Source: a virus. From it: DNA of 64,000 bases. Location of the stretch: IMG/VR virus record IMGVR_UViG_3300019776_000212, positions 32,212-96,211 of that record; one strand, 5' to 3'. The first letter of the stretch is position 1. Every line of letters begins with the position of its first letter. A program made the position numbers and the translations under genes. Positions 28,791-37,638 of this stretch are shown here, piece after piece. A model generated the notes under the pieces. It was not told the DNA's origin and made no database searches. It worked only from the letters and a program-made list of their open reading frames with translations.

Positions 28791-29114
28791 TTATTTAAAA
28801 TATTCGTCGATATAAACCAGAGCCTCAGCCTTAGTCATTGGCTTGCCCTCAACTTCGATGCAAGAGCGTTTGATCTCAGAGACAGCTACCACAAATTTTG
28901 GAACACCCTCTTCATGGGGCTGTTCCCTCCAGTAACTGAGGGTGTCACCTACCGTGATGCTGCCATTGCGCTCTGTGTAGAAATAGAGACGGTCAAGATT
29001 GCGCATGCCATCACCCCCGCTAGCCCAAGTGTAACCAAGGCTGAACAGGTGGCGAAGAAGAGCTTCCGCCTCATCGCGAGTGCTCACTTTGAATTTCAGG
29101 CGTTTAAAGTTCAT
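28791..29114 (-). CDS. hypothetical protein
   Basis: LFSLGYxW motif; AAGGAG SD. Confidence 0.75.
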   Translation of the reverse strand: MNFKRLKFKVSTRDEAEALLRHLFSLGYTWASGGDGMRNLDRLYFYTERNGSITVGDTLSYWREQPHEEGVPKFVVAVSEIKRSCIEVEGKPMTKAEALVYIDEYFK

Positions 29115-29125
29115 AAACTGCTCCT

Positions 29126-29533
29126 TTAATGTTTGCTTGCTCGTTTGCCAGCCGTGAATATACAGCCCTGTTCCTTGTTGGGTGCATCGTTGTCAACAGC
29201 CCAAGGGTTGTCGTCAATCCAAATTGCCACTTCAATGCCTTGGGACTTCATGTATTCACGTTTGGCTTGCAGTGAAGTATAGAACACAACGAATCCCGCG
29301 TCAACAAGAAATTGGAGGTCTTCTGGATACACATCTGGTGCCCGCCAAGTGCAAATCACCACGTGGTAGCCAATACGCTCCAAATTGCGGAGGATCTGGA
29401 GCCAGCCAGATTCATTATCGCTGATTGTTTCGTCGAAGTCCACAGCAACAACCTTCGGCTCTTGCATCATGAAATCAGTACGAGCCCACGGATCAATATT
29501 CCGTGGTGGTTTAAATCCAGCCAGTGTTTCCAT
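29126..29533 (-). CDS. HAD-superfamily phosphatase
   Basis: VAVDFDETIS, ICTWR, K, IDD motifs. Confidence 0.75.
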   Translation of the reverse strand: METLAGFKPPRNIDPWARTDFMMQEPKVVAVDFDETISDNESGWLQILRNLERIGYHVVICTWRAPDVYPEDLQFLVDAGFVVFYTSLQAKREYMKSQGIEVAIWIDDNPWAVDNDAPNKEQGCIFTAGKRASKH

Positions 29534-29735
29534 CAGTTGCTCCTTTAGCGAACCTGTAAATGTAGTTTTTAACAACCTCACAACCCCATCCATCGACAAC
29601 GGCCAACCCTTTAATGTGGGACGGGATGGCATAGTAGGCCATGTCAATCACGAAGTCTTTTGGGCTATCGTTACCGGCAGCAACGAACGCATCATAGATG
29701 GTGTCGTAAGCTGCCTTTGGTGCTTGTAAAGCCAT
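29511..29735 (-). CDS. hypothetical protein
   Basis: GGGAGG SD before MALQAPK. Confidence 0.65.
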   Translation of the reverse strand: MALQAPKAAYDTIYDAFVAAGNDSPKDFVIDMAYYAIPSHIKGLAVVDGWGCEVVKNYIYRFAKGATDGNTGWI

Positions 29736-29736
29736 A

Positions 29737-30012
29737 TTACCTCCCGTAGTACTGCCACATGACAGCGTTACAATAAGCGTGGACTGCACCCTCTGTCAGC
29801 CCGGTTTTGTGGTCGTGTTGCAGATGTACAGGATATTTAAGGAAGTTCGGTGGAAGCCGCTTCCAATTGATATCCAGCAATGCTACAGCTCTTGGCACTG
29901 GTTTGTCAAGTGGTGATGAGCAAAAGAGGCAGATGCCCTTCTGGTACTTTACATACTCTTCCCGCTTAAGACGTCTCTCATAAGGTGTGAGGTTATCGTA
30001 GATTACGTGCAT
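29737..30012 (-). CDS. endonuclease VII/HNH-like Zn protein
   Basis: QKGICLFC...HLQHDHKTG...VHAYCN. Confidence 0.7.
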   Translation of the reverse strand: MHVIYDNLTPYERRLKREEYVKYQKGICLFCSSPLDKPVPRAVALLDINWKRLPPNFLKYPVHLQHDHKTGLTEGAVHAYCNAVMWQYYGR

Positions 30013-30213
30013 ATTTCTCTCCTTTATTGCTTGCTTTTGATCTTGCTCTTAAATCCACAATGGGTTTCGCAGCAGAAGGCACATCTATCCCAAGGAACGC
30101 CATACACAGTGAAGTGCCTAAGACGTACCTTTGGATGTACCTCATGTCATCGTTCCACAATTGGGATCGCTGGCAGCCTACATGTGTAGGAATTGGCTGA
30201 GAGCCTTCCCTCG

Positions 30214-30324
30214 TCAGAGGTCATCACTACGCTGTTCTCTCATAAACATCTCAGCTTGGCCAGTAGCCCACTCTTCATAGCCATACACTGTCAGGTCGGT
30301 GAGGGATGGCTTACGCCGCGACAT
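30214..30324 (-). CDS. small hypothetical protein (36 aa)
   Basis: Manual: MSRRKPSLTDLTVYGYEEW..., GGGGAG SD after promoter. Confidence 0.5.
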   Translation of the reverse strand: MSRRKPSLTDLTVYGYEEWATGQAEMFMREQRSDDL

Positions 30325-30344
30325 ATCTCCCCTGACACATGAGC

Positions 30345-30406
30345 GATATTACCATAGAAAATTCTTTCGTCAAGGGGGTTGACTGGTTTGTTCGATGGTG
30401 TATGAT
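30345..30406. promoter_or_regulatory. back-to-back divergent sigma70 promoters
   Basis: Minus TTGACG...TAATAT; plus TTGACT...TATGAT. Confidence 0.7.
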
Positions 30407-30435
30407 GGCCTCACATTCAACAGTAAGGAGTAACT

Positions 30436-30684
30436 ATGAAATACGAATTCCACATCCCAACAGACAAGAACACCGACTTCTTCAACGGGCCTGTAATCTT
30501 CCGTGAAGACGGTAGCTTCATGGCATTCTGCAACATGCATGGTCGTGGCCAAGCTTGTGTGGACGAAGTGTCTACTGCTATTAGCTGGGGCGACGGCTGG
30601 CTGCCAGCCGAAGAAGACAAAGACGTCCGTAAGCAAGTGGCCGTTGAGGGTATGTTTGAGATTTTCGTTTTGGAGGTGAAGTGA
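30436..30684 (+). CDS. hypothetical protein
   Basis: TAAGGAG SD after plus-strand promoter. Confidence 0.8.
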   Translation: MKYEFHIPTDKNTDFFNGPVIFREDGSFMAFCNMHGRGQACVDEVSTAISWGDGWLPAEEDKDVRKQVAVEGMFEIFVLEVK

Positions 30685-31079
30685 TGACTGTTATGACCAA
30701 CACCCAAGTGCGGGAAGGCCAGCTGCTGCAAGCTGCCATTTACGAAGGTAATGTGAAAGCAGGCTGGTGGACAAACCTGCTCACTGGTGAGCCAAAACCA
30801 CGTGGTGATGTTGAGCAGATTCTCTCCAAGCTTGCACTGGTGCACAGCGAAGTTAGTGAGGCGTTGGAGGGTGCTCGTAAAGGTCTGATGGATGACAAGC
30901 TCCCGCATCGTAAGATGATTGAGGTTGAACTGGCAGACGCCGTCATTCGTATCCTTGATCTCGCACATCATGAATGTCTCGATGTGTTTGGTGCAATGCA
31001 GGAGAAGCTGGCGTATAATGCTGTACGTGCAGACCACAAAATCGAAAACCGTCTCGCTGATGGCGGCAAGAAGGCATAA
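30681..31079 (+). CDS. MazG-like nucleotide pyrophosphohydrolase
   Basis: LALVHSEVSEALE...VELADAVIRILDL...KLAYN.R. Confidence 0.85.
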   Translation: MMTVMTNTQVREGQLLQAAIYEGNVKAGWWTNLLTGEPKPRGDVEQILSKLALVHSEVSEALEGARKGLMDDKLPHRKMIEVELADAVIRILDLAHHECLDVFGAMQEKLAYNAVRADHKIENRLADGGKKA

Positions 31080-31089
31080 GGAGAAAGAA

Positions 31090-31509
31090 ATGGTACACAG
31101 TATTATCAAGTATAAAATTCAGGAAATCCGTGAAACCCGTGAGATGTCAATCCTCACGGATAACCGTGATCAACTTGTAGAGCTTAAACGTATGTTCTCA
31201 GAGGCTGGAATTCCTGCAACCTCTGGAAGTTCGGAGCTTCGCTTACACTTCCGTTACGCCAACTGTCTCGGTTATTACTGGACTTCCGACTTCCGTGGTG
31301 GCGGCGGCACTTTGGTGATTAGCTTCACAGACTTTATCCGCCGATACTGTGAGCTTCCGGCAGAAGAGCCACCAAAACTGCCTAAGCTGCATGACAAGCA
31401 GGTACTCCAACTGGCCGCCTTGATCGGAGTTCAAGACTCTCTTGTCGAGCAGCTGAAAGCCAACGGTAATGCAATCAAGGCCCTTAAGGCCGAGATGGGT
31501 ATTGCCTAA
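31090..31509 (+). CDS. hypothetical protein
   Basis: TAAGGAG SD before MVHSIIKY. Confidence 0.75.
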   Translation: MVHSIIKYKIQEIRETREMSILTDNRDQLVELKRMFSEAGIPATSGSSELRLHFRYANCLGYYWTSDFRGGGGTLVISFTDFIRRYCELPAEEPPKLPKLHDKQVLQLAALIGVQDSLVEQLKANGNAIKALKAEMGIA

Positions 31510-31520
31510 CGAGTGGATAC

Positions 31521-31556
31521 AAAGAAGCCCCGTACCAATTAGGTCGGGGCTTTTAG
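31521..31556. terminator. bidirectional terminator between convergent units
   Basis: AAGCCCCG/CGGGGCTT hairpin with A- and T-runs on either side. Confidence 0.7.
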
Positions 31557-31859
31557 TCTTGCTCGCAAATCATCAATTTCACGTTTCAATCCTTTGATAT
31601 CGTCATCCGTAGCCTCAGTGCGTTTACGGTGCACAAACTCAAGAGAGTTGATTTGTTCTTGTAGTCTATTAATGGCATCAGTGTATCTCCTGTCCTGATC
31701 AGCCATATCTCTCTTGTGTTGTTGCTGGGCAACTTCTATCTGCATTTGTATATTCTTGTTTTTATTGTCAGGAGCAGCCAGTAGCATCAGACATACAATG
31801 ACGATGATTGTCAGGCAACCTAGCGCCACATAGAGCGGTACGGTTTTATCTGAGCCCAT
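31539..31859 (-). CDS. membrane-anchored coiled-coil protein
   Basis: N-terminal TM helix; end of lysis module. Confidence 0.75.
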   Translation of the reverse strand: MGSDKTVPLYVALGCLTIIVIVCLMLLAAPDNKNKNIQMQIEVAQQQHKRDMADQDRRYTDAINRLQEQINSLEFVHRKRTEATDDDIKGLKREIDDLRARLKAPT

Positions 31860-31870
31860 GCCCTTTCCCC

Positions 31871-32176
31871 TTATTTCTTATACAAGCTGTCTGCGATCCT
31901 TTCTAGCAGTCTGTTCTGAGATTGCATCTCGCTACGAATCAATCCAACTTCACGTTGCAAGTTGCTGTTAATACGTGCCTCAGTGTCTTTCAGCTTGTCC
32001 TCTGTGATACTGCTCTTCTGGAGTTCTAGAATCCACGCAGCCTGTTTGTCTTGGTCAGCCTTGAGCCCATTGTAAGCCGCCCCAGTTACACCAACCACAA
32101 TCATCAACAGTGCACCAGCAATCCAGCCAGCAACACTCTTCACAATCTCAAACGTATCTCTACTTGGTTCTGCCAT
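31871..32176 (-). CDS. membrane-anchored protein (lysis module)
   Basis: Single TM helix plus coiled coil. Confidence 0.75.
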   Translation of the reverse strand: MAEPSRDTFEIVKSVAGWIAGALLMIVVGVTGAAYNGLKADQDKQAAWILELQKSSITEDKLKDTEARINSNLQREVGLIRSEMQSQNRLLERIADSLYKK

Positions 32177-32447
32177 AAATCTTCTCCTGCTCTGATCTCC
32201 AATCTCTCAGGGAATCAATTTGACTTCCACACTTGAGCAGATCGAATGCCGTCTTTACGTGTGCAACACCGACAGCCTGCATGTTATTTTCTGCCACCTT
32301 GGTTGGCTTGTTGCAAGCCATCACCAGTGACTCCGGTGGAACAATAAGGATCGTTTCCGTTTCCTTCACAATACGCGTCGTTGAGCAGCCTGACATACTC
32401 AGGATCAAGCTCGAACACAGAAGCGCTTGTAGGGCCTTTCTCAGCAT
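32160..32447 (-). CDS. o-spanin (Rz1-like lipoprotein)
   Basis: Lipobox MSGC, PP motif, overlaps i-spanin. Confidence 0.8.
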   Translation of the reverse strand: MLRKALQALLCSSLILSMSGCSTTRIVKETETILIVPPESLVMACNKPTKVAENNMQAVGVAHVKTAFDLLKCGSQIDSLRDWRSEQEKIYGRTK

Positions 32448-32757
32448 CTTTCACCTCAGGCTTAGCCTTGGTTGGGGTCTTCTTTGAAAGCTTCTCCAGC
32501 GTGCTCTCCTGAGCCTTGCTGAGCGTATTTTCCTTCTCAATCTGAGCCTTTAGAACACCAACAGTGCTTTCACAGCTTTCGATGTACGCATTTAGAGACA
32601 GCTTATTCTTTTCTGCTGCATCCACGGCAATATCACGCTCGCTGATGAGGGTGTTCACACGCCCCTCCAGCTTGGTAATATCTGTCTGGTGTACAAAATA
32701 CGATACACCTAGGTATGCGATAATTGCACCCATGATTGCAATGATATACTTACTCAC
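32284..32757 (-). CDS. i-spanin (Rz-like)
   Basis: N-terminal TM helix and coiled coil; GTG start. Confidence 0.8.
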   Translation of the reverse strand: MSKYIIAIMGAIIAYLGVSYFVHQTDITKLEGRVNTLISERDIAVDAAEKNKLSLNAYIESCESTVGVLKAQIEKENTLSKAQESTLEKLSKKTPTKAKPEVKDAEKGPTSASVFELDPEYVRLLNDAYCEGNGNDPYCSTGVTGDGLQQANQGGRK

Positions 32758-32995
32758 AATTACCCTCCACTTTACAAACTGTTGGAATGTCCTCCAGCTG
32801 TTCATTACCAAATTTACCGATAGCCAACATCACTCCAAAAACGATTGCGTTGATTACCAGAACAGGTACTGAAACATACGCAGAAAGCACTCCAAGGATT
32901 GCGAAAGCAGCAGCAGCGATTGCAATCATACAGTTTGTAATAACCATGTATGTGCCATAGTGTGCAAGCAGGTGTTTCCGAATCCTATCTTTCAT
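32750..32995 (-). CDS. putative holin
   Basis: 81 aa, two TM helices, between endolysin and spanins. Confidence 0.65.
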   Translation of the reverse strand: MKDRIRKHLLAHYGTYMVITNCMIAIAAAAFAILGVLSAYVSVPVLVINAIVFGVMLAIGKFGNEQLEDIPTVCKVEGNCE

Positions 32996-33519
32996 TACAG
33001 TTTTCCTTGTCTATACAGTTCAACCACTCGTTCAGCTTCTTCCACTGCCTGCTGGTTGTTTCCTAGGCAAACTTTCAACTCTGACTCACGTCTGTTTGTC
33101 AAACCTTTCACTTCCTTACCACCAGCTTTATTCCAGCGTAGCAGTTGGTAGCATGCCTCTGTATACTTACCTTGGTTCAAGAGTTTAAGAGCTGTGCTCT
33201 TATTCCACTGAGGTCCGCCGATGTTGTACACAAGAGATGTGAAAGCAGCCTCTTGGTAGATTGTGAGTGGCACCTTTACAGGTTTCATCATAATCTCGTT
33301 GTGACGCTTCACTTCCTCGGCGAGTTCTGATGTACATTGAGCGTCAGTTTTTGCCTTTGTTTTGTCAACTCCGTAAGTGTTGCCGTAGCACTGAGTCCAC
33401 ACACCTATAATATCCTTATAGGCAGTCAAACTTAGACCCTCCCAAGGGGCAATCAAGCCCCCTGCGAGAACTAGTGAAGACCCAAGCCCCATTGCAGCAA
33501 GCTTGTGCACCACTTTCAT
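32995..33519 (-). CDS. endolysin, GH24 lysozyme (possible SAR)
   Basis: EG...YxD..G.WT.CYG catalytic triad; GLTNRRxxE; weakly hydrophobic N-terminus. Confidence 0.92.
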   Translation of the reverse strand: MKVVHKLAAMGLGSSLVLAGGLIAPWEGLSLTAYKDIIGVWTQCYGNTYGVDKTKAKTDAQCTSELAEEVKRHNEIMMKPVKVPLTIYQEAAFTSLVYNIGGPQWNKSTALKLLNQGKYTEACYQLLRWNKAGGKEVKGLTNRRESELKVCLGNNQQAVEEAERVVELYRQGKL

Positions 33520-33522
33520 ATC

Positions 33523-34764
33523 TTATACTCCGATTGCAATCCATCTTAGTGTAAAGTTACCAGCTCCCCATGGCCATGCCGTCGCACCAGTTCTAGAGCC
33601 CTCAGAGATAGCAGCACTTGACGGGTTACCGTATGTGTTACCAATAGGTGTACCAGAGATGTGGAACACTGCCGTTGTGAATGGAACTGGGAACGTGATG
33701 TTAGCCGGGCCAGTGCCAAGTACAACTCTGCCCCACTGGATAATCAACCCGCTGCCACCAAGCTTCGCGTACCCGTTAGGGGCTTGCAAAGATGTGAAGT
33801 CGAAGTCACCGGGAACACCAAAGACGTTCTTAACAGCAGCTCCACCAAGTCCAAGGTTGTTCCTTGCATCCTGAGTGTTTGTTAGGTCACTTAGGTTGTT
33901 CCCACTCTGCAACACTTGGTTCAAGTTTAGAACAGACGCTGTACCAAGCCCTAGGTTTGTTCTTGCAGTTGCAACGTTAGCCAATCCAGCTAGGTTATCG
34001 GACTTAAGCAGGAATGCGGAGATGTTGGTTGTTGCTGTTGTGGTAAGCCCTAGGTTTGAGCGTGCAGCTGATGCACTCTGCAAGTCTGACAGGTTCTGTG
34101 CAGATCTCAGGAAGTAGGACTCAGGGAAGGTCGCCGTGCTTGTGATCCCTAGGTTTGTGCGGGCTTGGGCAGGGCTTGGCACATCACCTAGGTTTGCACT
34201 TCTCTCCAACACTTGGCTGAGCCTAGGAGCTTGCTCTGGCTGTGTAGCGAGGGCTACAGCAAACACTTGAGACGTGCTACCACTGACACTCGCAAATCTG
34301 GTATCAGCCTCAGCCTTCGAGTAGACAGACAAGTTGTTCCTTGCTGCCGTTACGTTAGAGATGTTTGAGAGTGTTTGGTAGTTTGCGATATGGGCATTCA
34401 GCTGTGTTTGGACAGCTGCAACAGATCCGTACTCCTCAAATGCGGTAGACCAGTAGTCACCGTTAAGGGGGTTTGTTGGATCTTTGCCGATATTTGTTTG
34501 AATGCACTTATACAGAATACCGTTCGCCCCTTGTGTATAACTTAGGAGTCCTTGATACTCTGTAAGGTTGTCCCACTCAGGGACACCGTGCTGGTTGATG
34601 TGAGCGATGGCTCGGTCTTGGCGGTTGTCTACCCAGTTTTGGTACTGGTAGGGTGGCAATTGCACCACCCATCCAATATTAACCTTCGAGTCGCCCGGAT
34701 CAACTTTAGTGCCACCCTCGGCCCAAATCTTGCTAAGGCCGGAAGGTTTTGTGATATTAGGCAT
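33523..34764 (-). CDS. tail fibre protein with NLSDL...ARxNLG repeats
   Basis: Baseplate-anchor N-terminus, repeats, GLIIQWG...FPVPF C-terminal domain. Confidence 0.88.
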   Translation of the reverse strand: MPNITKPSGLSKIWAEGGTKVDPGDSKVNIGWVVQLPPYQYQNWVDNRQDRAIAHINQHGVPEWDNLTEYQGLLSYTQGANGILYKCIQTNIGKDPTNPLNGDYWSTAFEEYGSVAAVQTQLNAHIANYQTLSNISNVTAARNNLSVYSKAEADTRFASVSGSTSQVFAVALATQPEQAPRLSQVLERSANLGDVPSPAQARTNLGITSTATFPESYFLRSAQNLSDLQSASAARSNLGLTTTATTNISAFLLKSDNLAGLANVATARTNLGLGTASVLNLNQVLQSGNNLSDLTNTQDARNNLGLGGAAVKNVFGVPGDFDFTSLQAPNGYAKLGGSGLIIQWGRVVLGTGPANITFPVPFTTAVFHISGTPIGNTYGNPSSAAISEGSRTGATAWPWGAGNFTLRWIAIGV

Positions 34765-34777
34765 TTCTTATCCTCGT

Positions 34778-35107
34778 TTAAGTTAGGCTATCTGGTGCTA
34801 CAGGTCTTACACTCTTGAAGTGCTCTGACTCTGGATAAGCTCTCAGGAGATTTCTGTAAGCTCTCCACTCAGCCTCTGTTCCAATGTTCTCAGCACCATC
34901 CTGAACGATCAGAAGTTGGATATCAGATCTTCTTAGTTCTGCATCTCTCCACACTCTTTCAAGTACGTCGCTCGTGTCAAGTGCAGCAAGGTGCTTTTCA
35001 ACCTCTGCTTTGGTAAGCTTCTTCATAGCCTGCTTGGCGTACTCTTTATACTCCTGCACAGACTCATAAGCAAAAACCTCACCTGATTCTGTCTTGTAAT
35101 AGACCAT
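34778..35107 (-). CDS. tail fibre assembly chaperone
   Basis: ERxWRDxEL...WRxYRxxLR...RP. Confidence 0.75.
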   Translation of the reverse strand: MVYYKTESGEVFAYESVQEYKEYAKQAMKKLTKAEVEKHLAALDTSDVLERVWRDAELRRSDIQLLIVQDGAENIGTEAEWRAYRNLLRAYPESEHFKSVRPVAPDSLT

Positions 35108-36885
35108 TATCTCAACTCCGCCCATTGTACAACCCCAGTAGCACCTGCGACTCTGTAAGTAGAAGCCACAGGCACAATGAAGGTCATAAAGTAAATATTA
35201 CCACCAGATCCGTTGTTAGCTAGAGAACCTAGCGTAACGCTGTCTACAATAGCTTGTGCTGTAACCCCTACGTTAACAGAGAGACCAACAGAAACAGAAA
35301 TTGGCTTGCCTGTTGTGTTTGTATAGGTTGTCCCGATTACACGAGAACCTGACAACTGAGTCCACGACTGACCAATACCAAGGCCACCACCAGTTGTAGA
35401 AGAGCCATCACGCTTAAGGTAGTTTACACATCTCCAATTACCACCACCCAATGAGACAAACTCTGCCACGTCACCAGCCGACACCGCGATATCGAAGTTA
35501 CCCGGAAGGATTAGTGAGGTTGAGTTGTATGTCAAGGTTAGGGCATTGCTGAATGTAATTCTTCTTGTGTAACCATCTGGAGCCGTGCCGAACGAAGTGA
35601 TCGTGGCCGTGCCTGAGATCGTGATGCTGTTACTTCCAGCAGCGCCAATATCTACAGTTGCAGCCGATGGAATTGTTACGGCCGGTGCCAAGTTTACAGC
35701 TTTGTCGAAGCTGTTGATTGGAAGCCACTGAGTGTTTTGATATCTTTCAAGCTCATTCAGATCCGTATTGTAACGGATCATGCCAGAGGATGGAGACGCT
35801 GTTCTTTGCGAAGTTGTACCAGCTGGTAGCTGTGCAGAGCCTGTAGCTGAATCTCTTATTACCACTGGAAGTGTAATGTTCGCTGTACCGTCAAACAAAA
35901 CACCTTGAATAGTTCTTGGAGTTTGCAAGGCAGTTGCTGTGGCTGCGTTCTTTCCAACCAAGTCATTAGGGAGTCTTGCAAGGGCCACTTGACCTGTTGT
36001 AAGGTTGGTGGCATTATCAGCCCCAATTGTAGTCCTAACAGCCAGAGCATCTGCACCAGCAATAACATCTCTTGCGAAAGGTGTGATGGGGGTTTGTGCA
36101 AAGGAGTCTACACCCGTAGAGTAGGCAAGCTGGTTTACACCAGTAGCCAGCCCAGCTAGGGCAGTTAGGGTTGCGTCAAGAGGTTGTTTTGTGCTAAGAC
36201 CAGCAGACAAGTTGGCGTCAACCTCAGTTGTGCTGTACACTGAGATCAGAGTTCTTGCAGCCTGAGCATCAGCGAGGTTTACAAGTGAACGACCAAAGCT
36301 TGTGATTGGGGTTCCTGCCATAGTTGTAGTGCCAGTGAAGTATGGCAGTACGTTGGTCGCAGCAGTTACGCCTGACAGTGCTGTCAAGTTCGAGTGGCTG
36401 GCTTGCGCGGATAGGGTTGTACGCATAGATGCTGCGTCACTGTTAGCCAAGAGGGTTCTTGAGAACGATGTGAACGCAGTTGTAGATGCAGAGTTAGTGC
36501 CAGTGAAGTATGGCAGCCTGTCCGCAGCAGGAGTTACAGATCCAAGAACACTAAGTGCTAGGCTGTAGTCTGCGAATGCTCTTGCCCAGTGTGTAGGGCT
36601 TGTTACAGGTTGTCCAGTATTAGTGAACAGGCACTTGTAGACAACACCACCAGAAGTTACGAATGACTTGTTGGCTAGGTATTCTGTTGTTGCATCCCAC
36701 TCAGGGATACCTTTTTGTAGCAGATAGGCAATGTTGGAATCTGCACGATACTGCATCCAGTTCCACCATTGACGTGGTACAACTTCAACTGCCCAACCCG
36801 CTCTAACTTTTGCACTATCTGGTGCAACAACGTCACCACTGATAGCCCAAAGATCTGTCATATCCTGTTTTACGATATCGACCAT
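35107..36885 (-). CDS. tail fibre protein
   Basis: Shares N-terminus with 33523 fibre; KQPLDATLTALA, YTNTTGKPI, WAELR. Confidence 0.88.
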   Translation of the reverse strand: MVDIVKQDMTDLWAISGDVVAPDSAKVRAGWAVEVVPRQWWNWMQYRADSNIAYLLQKGIPEWDATTEYLANKSFVTSGGVVYKCLFTNTGQPVTSPTHWARAFADYSLALSVLGSVTPAADRLPYFTGTNSASTTAFTSFSRTLLANSDAASMRTTLSAQASHSNLTALSGVTAATNVLPYFTGTTTMAGTPITSFGRSLVNLADAQAARTLISVYSTTEVDANLSAGLSTKQPLDATLTALAGLATGVNQLAYSTGVDSFAQTPITPFARDVIAGADALAVRTTIGADNATNLTTGQVALARLPNDLVGKNAATATALQTPRTIQGVLFDGTANITLPVVIRDSATGSAQLPAGTTSQRTASPSSGMIRYNTDLNELERYQNTQWLPINSFDKAVNLAPAVTIPSAATVDIGAAGSNSITISGTATITSFGTAPDGYTRRITFSNALTLTYNSTSLILPGNFDIAVSAGDVAEFVSLGGGNWRCVNYLKRDGSSTTGGGLGIGQSWTQLSGSRVIGTTYTNTTGKPISVSVGLSVNVGVTAQAIVDSVTLGSLANNGSGGNIYFMTFIVPVASTYRVAGATGVVQWAELR

Positions 36886-36896
36886 TTAATCCTCTC

Positions 36897-37628
36897 TTAT
36901 GTAATCAAGTTTGACAAAATCCCACCAACCGCTGGGTTGTTGAGGTCGCCAGTGCCGTAGCCACCCGGAAACCCTTCTGTTGCAAACACCCTGTCTGCAA
37001 GGAATTCTGTGTATGTGTATGAGACACCAACTGTCTTTGGCAGTAGTGTACCGGCGCCACTAAGGTCGAACAGCAGTCCACGTTCAACGTTTGTCAAGAT
37101 CTTTCCGATACCAATACGAGCCTCAGCAGGCCCAGATTCTGTAATCGTAACCCTTGACGCACCGAACAAAAACTTATAAGCTTCGATCACGTCCTCAGGT
37201 CTTGACAGAGTTCTGTTCTTGATGATCTTGGCTTTTAGGATTAGTCTGTACTCTTCGTCAGATGGTGCCCTGCTTCTGTCAAGTGGAGCCCCTAGGCTGT
37301 ACCAAGGCGCACCAACTGTTGGGTCTGTTGCAGATCCGAATCCACCTGCCTGCTCTGCACCATCGAATCCGAAGTATGTGAACAGTGTTGCGGATACCAA
37401 ACCTCTTGGTCTTCCTACAATGATACCAATTACATCAAGCTGCGCCCCGACAGCAGTGTCAATACTGCGGAGCGTCTGCACTTGTTCCATGGCATCTTGC
37501 AGAGAGTTTTGATCAGACATAAGCAGTTGGAGGTATTTGTCAATAACTCTCTTGCCTTTGAACTGATCGGTAATACGTTCACGTGCAACCGCTAGGAAGT
37601 TGTCACGCTCAAACTGGTTCAATGCCAC
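36897..37628 (-). CDS. baseplate wedge protein (DUF2612-like)
   Basis: AVGAQLDxIGxIVG, DEEYR. Confidence 0.8.
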   Translation of the reverse strand: MALNQFERDNFLAVARERITDQFKGKRVIDKYLQLLMSDQNSLQDAMEQVQTLRSIDTAVGAQLDVIGIIVGRPRGLVSATLFTYFGFDGAEQAGGFGSATDPTVGAPWYSLGAPLDRSRAPSDEEYRLILKAKIIKNRTLSRPEDVIEAYKFLFGASRVTITESGPAEARIGIGKILTNVERGLLFDLSGAGTLLPKTVGVSYTYTEFLADRVFATEGFPGGYGTGDLNNPAVGGILSNLIT

Positions 37629-37638
37629 AGTGGCCTCC

